Positions 1-9,200 of a stretch of DNA of 64,000 bases are shown one piece after another. A program made the translations under genes and the position numbers. Every line of letters starts with the position of its first letter. Positions within the stretch are counted from its first letter, which is position 1. This DNA comes from Callorhinchus milii (Eukaryota), in the NCBI RefSeq assembly GCF_018977255.1, contig NW_024704752.1, positions 9,610,001-9,674,000 on the forward strand, read 5' to 3'. Below the pieces are notes generated by a model, which worked only from the letters and a program-made list of their open reading frames with translations, did no database searches and had not been told where the DNA came from.

Positions 1-375
1 TTTGAATAGTGTTGTGCAATCTTTAATAGCCACAGACAGACATGACCTTGGTTTAACGTCTTACTTGAAGGAGCACATACCTAAGAAAACAATGCTCCCC
101 AGTGACACTTGATACTGAATTCAAGTGTCAGCCTAGACTGAGCTCAGTCTCAACGTGGAGCTCAAATCTACAATCTTCTGAATCAGGGGTGTCAGTCAAC
201 TGAATAACACTGACACTTGATCTAACCAAGAACCTTCCTTATGGATCAGTGCCAATTACTCATTAAATGACCAATTCTTATACTCAACATACACAGAAAA
301 ATCACCAAATTGGCGGAGAAGTTTGGCAGAGTGACATGATTCCTGATCTCATGGCAGTGGATCTGGTGATGTTAC

Positions 376-3300
376 CTGGGCAGAGAGGTTCTTTAGGCGT
401 TCTACATCATTGGACTTTGTGATTTTTAAAAAGTTAAGTTCCAATTGTTTGGCATCGGTGTCCTTATCATACTTCTCCATCCAGTGCTCCAAGTTTTCCT
501 CCATTTCCTGTTTGGGAAAGAGCGAAGCACAGTCAGGGAAGGGCTTGGAGCAACACTGAACCTCATAATTGAAAGTTGTATTAAGATATGGATATTTCCA
601 AGGTATTTTAAATATTTTGCTCATTGTCTCCCTCTTTATGCACCTAAGGAATGTTTGCTTTTGATATCCAAAAACAAACATTTCTTGCACTTACTGTCTG
701 GTGCTGTTTCAGGAAATTCTCAATCTCCAAATGTACCCGAATCTCTTGATCAGTTTTGTTTTTCAGGCACTGGAGAGAAAAGACAACATTATTAATCCAG
801 AAGATTTGTTTTTTCACCCAAATGAAGTAGTGTTTGAATGTTTGGCCTGTACTGTAAATGGTACATAGTGCACTTCTGTAATGATACCTTGGTGAGAACT
901 CGTACTGTCGTGCCCATCTTATTGGTCCTGCAGATCCCTCCCACCCAAACTGAGACACCAGAGCCTAGCTATCCTGTACATCTTCTGGAACACTGGAATA
1001 CATGCACGGCTAGCTCAGAATCTAGATTGATTCTCTGAACAGATTGAACTGTTTAAAACTGTTTTCCCATCGCCTCGCGAGCAAGAGGGCCCAGGTTCAA
1101 TTCCCAGGCGGGATGAGTGGGCAAGTTTCCTTACTCCATATGCCTCTGTTTATCTAGCAGTAAGTAGGAACCCGGTTGGTAGTCGATTATCGGGTCGCTT
1201 TCCAGAGGTAATAATTGCTTCAAAAAAATAATAACTTGGTCACTCAATCCACGACTGTTTGTGGGACACTGTTGTACTCAATTGGCTGCCACATTTCACC
1301 CACAAAATATAGTCAATTTACTTTACAATATATTCTCCAAATGTACCCGAATCTCTTAATCAGTTTTGTTTTCTGGGAGCTGGAGAGAAAGGGAAACATT
1401 ATTAATCCAGTAGATATGATTTTTCATCCAGTTTGAAACATCTTGACTAGATAATAAGGCACTACATCATGTGAAAGGATTCTTATTATCATTTCTTCTC
1501 CTGACCTCAAACTCGTCCTGCAGCTCTTGTTCATTCTGTGCACATTTCTTCTGTGTTTGGAGGACCTGAAGTTCTGCATTTTTCTTCATGTATTTCCTTT
1601 CCATGTTGGTTTTTGCTTTCATCTCTTGTAGTTGGTCTTTTAGATGTGCAATAATCTCATCTTTGCGCTAATCAGAGACAGAAAATACAAGCGCTGACAG
1701 TTGAACCTATTTCAGGATGTATACTGCCCTGCCCAGCAGCTATCTGGATTTGCATCAGCTTTAACAATGAGGCTTTACATTTGATCCCTGGAATCTGATG
1801 GCAATTTATTTTGTACCTTTTCCCTTGGAAACTAGATTCAAATTGTCTGAACTTTTAGCTGCTCTGTGCTCTCTGTAATTAAAACAAGACAAACTCTGTA
1901 TTATTGTAGACTGCAAGGTGAGGTATCTCACAGTCAGATTCCATGATGTTTAATTCATTTAAAACAACAATGATTATTCATTTGATTTTTTTCCCCCTCC
2001 AAATTTTTGTTCCACCCAACTTGTTCTGCGGCACCTTTACATGTTCCTCACTCATTCTACCTATGAGAGTTTTAATCAGAAATGATACTCAACCATGGAG
2101 GGCATCAAACCCAACCCGATCCTGTCCTTACCCAATCTCCACATTGCATGCAGCAGGGGATAAAAACTGTTAGTAGCATTTCTAGTCAAATGCTAAACCA
2201 ACATCAGATAATTCAACACAGATTAGGAACTGTTTTTGTTTTGGACGGATCTATAGATAACGGAAAGCAACCTTTGGATTTTTTAAAAATACGGTAAAAT
2301 TTCTGATCTGATGTCTCAGTAGAGGATTACGTGAGAAGTATGTGCAAGACAAAGAGTGAATCACTAACAGTGAAACATTTCCAAACCTGCAACTCAGACT
2401 CTTTCTCTTGTCTCATATCTTGCAGGTGTCTTTGCAGAACTGCGATTTTCTTCCTCCCTTCCTCCTCCCTGTGAAACGCAAAGATGCACACGTTAGTGGA
2501 TGGCCAGTTAGGTGGTGAGGGAGTTAAGCTGGTAGCAGTTACCTGATAATAGTGTTCTGGTTGTCAGCTTTCTTCTCATTCTCAAACCGGACAGCATTGA
2601 TGAGAGTCAGGAATGTTCCAGAAGTTGTAATCTCATGCAAAGTGTCAGCAATCACATCCATTGCAACCTGCCTGTTATTATAAGAAAACAACCCTTGTTA
2701 GACATGCTGAGTTGCAGAGAAGCAGTTCACCCAACATAGCCCTCACCTTCAACAACCATTTCCAGAATTGATGCTGAGGCCAATTGTAGACATCAACTGC
2801 TGACATCAGCTAATACATTACCTAAAACAAAAACAGAGACCTGGGAAAACTCAGTAGGTCAGGCAGCATCTATGGAGAAAGGAAAGTGAGTCAACGTTTC
2901 GGTTCCATGACCCTTCGTCAGAACCCAAAAGTTGACTCACTTTCCTTTCTCCATTGATGCTGCCTGACCTGAGTTTTCCCAGCTCTGTTTTTGTTTCAGA
3001 TTCCAGCATCTGAAGTATTTTGTGTTTAATACAGTACCTGTACAGTTTACTGTGAATTAAGCCTGATCTGCTAAGATGGTCATGCGAACTGCTTGACAAA
3101 GGTCTGAGTGCAGATTTGATCTGACAAACAACTGAGAGCAAAAGATCGGTGCCAAGCAAGTGTCAGTGCTGAGAGCAATATGCCAGTGACAAGTGCAGTA
3201 TGTCAGTGCAGAGTGCTGTTTATCATTGCTTACGGTTTATGTATGTCAGTGCCAAGCACTCTGTGCCAGCCTGAAAACAATACTGTATGCATGTACTAAG

Positions 3301-5486
3301 TGCTGTTTGTCAGAGCTGAGCACAATATCTGAACAGTGTTTCACCTGTCAGCTTGCACTTTTATTAGATTATCAGGGGTCACAGGGCTGTTCTGGAAGGA
3401 GTTACTAAAGAGCCAATTGCTTCTCTTTATGTCCCTGGAGGTTTCTTGCAGTTGATCTCCCAGCTCTACCAGTCGCGCTGCATTCAACATTCCAGACATC
3501 CTCTCAATGTTCTTCGAAAGCATGATCTCCTCATACTTGTACTCCAAACTTTTTTGACTGAAGACTATCTGGTCAATTTCACTCCCTACAATCTGGAAAT
3601 TGGAATAAGACATGAGTGAGTGTCAGCAGGATATTTTGTGGTGGGGTATCACAGTTGTTCCCAATCTTGTCCTCCCCAGCCAGACAGGCAATCACATTTT
3701 CCAGCAGAAGTTTCATGACAATCATCAAGAGTGAGAAAATCCTGATGTTTCTCTCAATAGTTCCATGGAATGGAATGCAATCCTATTAACTACATTATTG
3801 CTGTACTGAGAAGCATAGTTTCCAGTTGAGGATTTCTAAATACTGGTAAAAGAATGGCACATTCTTAGAATGGTTCGATATCCTTAGAATGGTTAAGCTC
3901 TGTTCCATCTAATGTTCTCAGATCACACAGAACTAGAATGTAGGTTATATACGGAATGAAACTGACTAGTTTACTAACTCATAGAATCGAAAACTAATTT
4001 TACTCACATTCTCCATGTCTGATTTCTCTTCATAGGACACAGGCATGATGTATCCCAAGATGGCTAGCTGATCCAAGCATTCCTTCAGCACAGTGGAGAC
4101 CTGCAGAATGGTTGTCCTGGAGAGTGGCTCCATCTCTCTTGTTTTTCTAATTAAATGACACAGGCAAATCATATTGTGTGAGTAAGACTCAAAGTGTTAA
4201 CAGTGCAGCCATTTCAAGTGGAGTTGATCTACACGCTCGGTAAGTATCTGCTCAGCACTGTCTAACCAATGAAGTTGGGCATTTACTCCAAGACACTTCT
4301 ATTCGAAATTGGCTGCTATATTCACCATCAAAATACACAATCACTACACTTTACTATACCAAATGCAAGGACTATTATTATTATTTTATAGTAATTCTTG
4401 TGAAATGCTTTGAGACATCCTCTCAATGTGAAAGGTACAATATCAAATGCAGATAATATGATTCATAATACATCCCCCCCCCCCCCCCCCCCCCCGTAAC
4501 AGTGTTCTGGGAACAGGTACTTATTGCACATTTATTTTCTGAAGCAGTTGATAAGCACAGCACAATTTCTACGTTCTGCAATGTGAAAGCTATTGGGGTT
4601 ATTGCTGAAAATCAAAAAGCTCTCACCTGGGGGATCCCTGGTCCTCATTGGGGAAGCCTTGATCTTCAGTGGGTGAGCCTGGTTGCCCAGTGGGTGAGAC
4701 CTGGAGCTTAGTGAGTGAGCCTGGTTGCCCAGTGGGTGAGACCTGGAGCTTAGTGAGTGAGCCTGGTTGCCCAGTAGGTGAATCCTGGAGCTTAGTGAGT
4801 GAGCCTGGTTGCCCAGTGGGTGAGACCTGGAGCTTAGTGAGTGAGCCTGGTTGCCCAGTGGGTGAGACCTGGAGCTTAGTGAGTGAGCCTGGTTGCCCAG
4901 TGGGTGAGACCTGGAGCTTAGTGAGTGAGCCTGGTTGCCCAGTGGGTGAGACCTGGAGCTTAGTGAGTGAGCCTGGTTGCCCAGTGGGTGAGACCTGGAG
5001 CTTAGTGAGTGAGCCTGGTTGCCCAGTGGGTGAGACCTGGAGCTTAGTGAGTGAGCCTGGTTGCCCAGTGGGTGAGACCTGGAGCTTAGTGAGTGAGCCT
5101 GGTTGCCCAGTGGGTGAGACCTGGAGCTTAGTGAGTGAGCCTGGTTGCCCAGTGGGTGAGACCTGGAGCTTAGTGAGTGAGCCTGGTTGCCCAGTGGGTG
5201 AGATCTGGAGCTTAGTGAGTGAGCCTGGTTGCCCAGTGGGTGAGATCTGGAGCTTAGTGAGTGAGCCTGGTTGCCCAGTGGGTGAGCCCTGGAGCTCAGT
5301 GGGTGAGCCCTGGAGCTCAGTGGGTGAGCCCTGGAGCTCAGTGGGTGAGCCCTGGAGCTCAGTGGGTGAGACCTGTTCCTTGTTGGGGGGCAGCGCTGAC
5401 CCATTGCTCTGATCCTGACTGAGGGATATTCCAACCCCTGATTCAAGGCTCTGCTTCTGCCCAAGAGGAGGTGACGGCTCAGACAT
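376..5486 (-). CDS. IQCG: IQ motif containing G / dynein regulatory complex protein 9 (DRC9), 3'-incomplete; exons 5486-4627, 4146-4008, 3592-3345, 2671-2543, 2468-2387, 1667-1506, 769-695, 507-376
   Basis: All eight exons have GT-AG boundaries and join in frame. Peptides [46 protein letters not shown] and [20 protein letters not shown] match recalled human IQCG segments ([55 protein letters not shown]). Also adjacent to RPL35A, as in human. The terminal IQ-motif exon lies left of the window. The start ATG at 5486 is inferred. Confidence 0.93.
1064..1490 (+). mobile_element. Older tRNA-derived Deu-type SINE interrupted at 1334-1430 by a copy of an IQCG exon
   Basis: B-box GGTTCAATTCCC, then GGGCAAGTTTCCTTACTCC and GACTGTTTGTGGGACAC body as in the full copies. 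The tail (TTTGAAACATC...AAGGCACTACATC...GGATTCTTATTAT) resumes at about 1432. Confidence 0.8.
2824..3026. mobile_element. Palindromic non-autonomous repeat, probably Penelope-derived, with hammerhead-like core on the minus strand
   Basis: About 65-bp inverted arms (AAACAAAAACAGAG..CTGGGAAAACTCAG..GGTCAGGCAGCATC.ATGGAGAAAGGAAAGTGAGTCAAC versus its reverse complement) flank CTGACGAAGGGTCATGGAACCGAAACGTT (2921-2893). A half copy lies at 30810-30912. Confidence 0.7.
4669..5375. repeat. Coding minisatellite in IQCG: 14 x 42 bp ([14 protein letters not shown]) plus 4 x 21 bp (SPTELQG)
   Basis: Unit GTGGGTGAGACCTGGAGCTTAGTGAGTGAGCCTGGTTGCCCA starts at 4690 and repeats every 42 nt to 5277. Unit GTGGGTGAGCCCTGGAGCTCA starts at 5278, 5299, 5320 and 5341. 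Confidence 0.97.
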
Positions 5487-5564
5487 GAGGCTCAGATCCT
5501 CTCTCTGGAGGCTGCTGTTGTGGCAGACACTGTTTACACGTTGGCATAGCAACGCCTGGTGACT

Positions 5565-5565
<1 letters not shown>

Positions 5566-5596
<31 letters not shown>
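5566..5596. repeat. (CA)n microsatellite at the acceptor of the IQCG first coding exon
   Basis: Run of about 15 CA units. On the minus strand it reads (TG)n-TCAG immediately before position 5562. Confidence 0.9.
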
Positions 5597-5597
<1 letters not shown>

Positions 5598-5682
5598 CCC
5601 GAGCTGTCCGCGGGGCTATCAGACACCACAGACATGTACAACCCCCTCCTCCTCCTCATCATCTAACAACGTAAAGACGTAC

Positions 5683-6037
5683 CTCAGCAGCTCAGCGTTT
5701 GAAGACATTATAAGTTAAGAGTTTTCCGCCGCAACGGATTTTATTTCGCCCTCAGTTTACGCGCTTCGGGAGGGGGGGGGTCCTGCGCTGGTACCGTTTG
5801 TCCGTTGCTTTCGCCTGAACATTTTAATCGCCGTTTTCTTTCCGCGTGTGTTTCTCTTTCTTTCAAATCGAGTTAAAGTTCCCAATTCATTCGATTCTTT
5901 AAATCAATGAAGTGGCGGCGCGAGGTTGGTCGGGTCCGTCCCTCCGATTCGGGCTCCGGACAGGACCTCTCCGCGGGCACCTCGCGTCCCAGCGGGCCTT
6001 GCGACGCCCTCTTCGTCCATCTTGGATTCGGCTCCAG
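5683..6037. promoter_or_regulatory. CpG-rich bidirectional promoter region IQCG/RPL35A, including RPL35A non-coding exon 1 with 5'TOP motif
   Basis: CCCTCTTC pyrimidine start at about 6007-6014, then YY1-like CCATCTTGG and donor CAG|GTGAGA at 6037/6038. A minus-strand donor AG|GTACG at 5683/5682 suggests an IQCG non-coding exon 1. CpG density is high over about 5590-6620. Confidence 0.75.
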
Positions 6038-6291
6038 GTGAGAGGCGGCGAGTGGCGCCGATTAAATCCGCCAAATGGTGTGAAACGTGGCGGTGGCGGA
6101 CCGTCGTTGTGACCTGAACGGCAGCTCGGAAGTGCGGGGACCCGAGATATGTCCTCCCGGGGCCCGTGCGAGTGCGGATGCTTGTGATATCGAACGGATT
6201 GTGCTGCCCGGCCCTGAATGTCGTGTCTCCCCCATTTCTCTTTCCAGGTTCAGCCGCTGCTGGAGACACCTCTCCGCCTCGCACCGTCGCG

Positions 6292-9200
6292 ATGCCTGGA
6301 AGGTAAGGACCCGGAGCAGAGAGAATGGTTCCCTGGAGTTTTTTTTAAAAAAAATTACGGGAAGGGGGATGGGGGGGGGAGGGGGGTACGTGTTGGCTTC
6401 GCAGGGGTTTGAAGTTTGTTGGCCCGGTTTCAGCCTCTGAGACAGGTTTCGGATAGAAGGCCACAGAGTACCGGTGGATCAGAGCCGCGTCTGGTCGTCG
6501 AGCGAAGTTGTGAAGGTGTGATGATCCCATGTTCAAACGGGTTTGAGAGTCCCGTGTGTTTAGGCGCCAGGTATTTCCGACGGCCAAACGTTTCAGGCTT
6601 GATCCGGTGCCCATCTGGCTATTGAATCTGGCTTCAGCATGGGGTGGATCACAGCCCCTTCTCACCCAATGGCTACAAATAAGACATGACAGGGACATGA
6701 GCAATCAGGTGTAACTGTTGCCGGCCAGGCTGATCTAACTGCAGATACTAATAAAGTTCAATGTGTTGGCTTCGGCCATCCTTACCAGTTGCAATAACCA
6801 TTTTATGAAGAAATGCAGTTAAAACTTGCTTAAGTCTTTATAAATCGTATAATTGCCGAAGTCGTCCATTCACCCAAGTCCCATTCAGCTTCCTATCAAA
6901 GCAACTTAGATTTTGATGCACTTCTCATATTAATATTTATAATGCGGCTCCCCTATTTCTCCATTACTCCCGTCCTTACTCTCTGTATTAAATTGCAGGA
7001 AATGATATCCTGGACCGTCAACGTTGGCCCATTTACTGGTCGGTTGCATTTAATCGCGGGAAACTTATCTTGATCCACTGACGCATGAGCAGAACTTAAT
7101 TTCCTGCGATTCTAATGCTTGTCAGTAAGTGCCATGTGGTGGCGGTTCAAGACTCATTGAGTCGCGGGAAATGTAGGTTTGACTGCATGCGCACTTACCG
7201 ACTGCATTACCAGCTCAGTGTAGATCATTGATGAAATCTGATTTTCTGCAACTTTATAGTTTGCCTCCAAATCAGACTTTGCGAAAGTTGCATCAACAGC
7301 TTGCACTTATATGTGAGTTTTCCTATACTTTGTGCTGCCTTGGTGTGTCTGAAAGTATTGTTCCCGGTTTACTTTCTCTACAGCTACTGTTTGCATTTAT
7401 ATAGTAACTTTCATGTAGGGTAACTTGTTGAAGCACTGTACAGACAGTGTCAGACACCAAACCTTCGGCATCTTACAGACCTTCAAAATTCTGTCTGAGA
7501 TTTCACAATCATGACCTGTGTCATACTCAACTTGGGTGCAGGATTACATTTATATGCTATTGAGCATCTTAAATCAGTTCTCATAGATCATTACTCTTAA
7601 CCCTGCCTCTATGTCTTGCTACCTTAAGTTGCGACAACGAGACCTACTGCATGTACAGCCTGACTAGAGCATTGGATAGTTTGAGTGTGACTTTTAAAGA
7701 TCTAAACTGAGCTGGTATTGTTGTCCAGCATTTTGTTTGCTGCCTCATGCTGAACGTTTTGTGGACCAGTTGACTATCAACGCTACTTTCAATTTCCCTT
7801 TGTCAAGTTCTATCTCATTCATCTACCTCAAATGCTTACTATCAATGTGTGGTTTCTTGCAGTTATCTGTATTCAACTTACATTTGTCAGTATTCTGAGC
7901 CCTGTCATGGTTTCTTAGTAAGATCTTGGCTTTCTTCTCAGTTCCCACAGTCCTGTTCTCTTTCCATTCTAACACGTATCTTAGTATAACTGCTTCTCAT
8001 TGAATCTATGATTCCAAGTAATTTGTACTGGGAATGGAGGGTACCTTACTCTTTGCCGTTTTCATCTTTGTATTGCTTTTCATTGTATACCTACAAATAA
8101 TTTTTTATACAATTCTGCTGATGTAAATGACTGACGTTGTATAAGTAGTGTTGCTGTACAGTGATTCAGTAATTTGTGACAAGCCAAATACACTTACTAG
8201 TTGTTTGCAGGTTAAGTTTCAGCTCAGCAGATAAGTGCTCTGCTGTCGTTCCCCCTGCAGAGATTGAATTGTTTCATACTATCCCTGACTGCTTTCCTCC
8301 TCCAGCTGGCAGGGACGCTTGGGAACGAACAGTGTTTTAATGCGTTCACCTATAATAGCTACCGATTTGAGATGTCACCCAAAAATATCTGTGATGAACT
8401 AAAAACAGCTCCATATCTGTATGTCACATATGCAGGTTTACCTACAAATAAGCAATACATTTTACATTNAAAAAACTTCTTTGAGATGTTTCACTGAAGT
8501 GATAAGGCACTATGTCACAGACCCCTGCCTGACCCCCAAAAAGGCACTATATCAAATGCAAGGATTAGTAAACCCCACCTTGCCAGACAGACTCTACCTT
8601 ACCAGACAGACTCCAGGTATACAAAATTCAACCTAACCAGAACCAGGCCCGAAAGCAAAAGTATTTTTTAAACATTTCCATGGGCGCGCACGTAGATTCC
8701 TGCTGACCCAACTCTACGCACGTGCACCAACTGCTAACCCACGTGAGTAACTGCTAACTCTGCTGTCGTTCCCCCTGCAGAGAGTGAATCCATTATGTTA
8801 GAAATCCATATGCATTGGTAAAAAGATGCCTTTTTATGTATCTGTTAGTAAGGATGCGTCTAGGGTTAATTGTAGATTATCTTCCTCCCGCAGACTATGG
8901 TCCAAAGCTGTGTTCAGCGGCTATAAGCGTGGCCTCCGCAACCAGAGGGAACACACTGCACTCCTGAAGATTGAGGGGGTGTACTCTCGCAATGAAACCG
9001 ACTTCTACCTGGGCAAGAGGTGTGCTTATGTCTACAAAGCAAAGAAGTGAGTATTTTATCCCAATGCTGTGTTCTCTTTATAGAGATGGAATGTCTTAAA
9101 TTGTAATGTTTGTAGAATTAGTCTGTGCATCACTGTATTGGGAAAGGAGATAATCATGCTTGCATAAGTGTACCAAAATGTCTAGGGTGAGTTTATCCAC

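Noticed and set aside
3130-3335. Degenerate TGTCAGTGC repeats with about 20-bp period in an IQCG intron
   Set aside because: Decayed minisatellite; no structure or function supportable.
4474-4495. Poly-C run (and poly-G at 63108-63123, single N at 8469)
   Set aside because: Homopolymers of unreliable length or assembly ambiguity; no biological inference possible.
4532-5464. Alternative ORFs across the 42-bp repeat (310 aa minus, 247 aa plus) and CRISPR-like appearance
   Set aside because: Frames are open only because the unit is a stop-free multiple of 3; only the SPTGQPG frame splices into IQCG. There are no unique spacers, so it is not CRISPR.
6990-7260. Short inverted motifs AATCGCGGGAAA / TTTCCTGCGATT in RPL35A intron 2
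   Set aside because: Probably an old MITE-like repeat; no snoRNA boxes or clear termini could be defined.
8115-8175. Possible C/D box snoRNA (CTGATG...CTGA, GTGAT) upstream of SNORA63 copies
   Set aside because: No proper RUGAUGA/CUGA pair with terminal stem; copy 2 is disrupted by an insertion; better explained as co-duplicated flank.
8264-8497. Similar short ORFs [16 protein letters not shown] at 8264 and 10530
   Set aside because: Accidental translations of the SNORA63 3' hairpin, not a peptide family.
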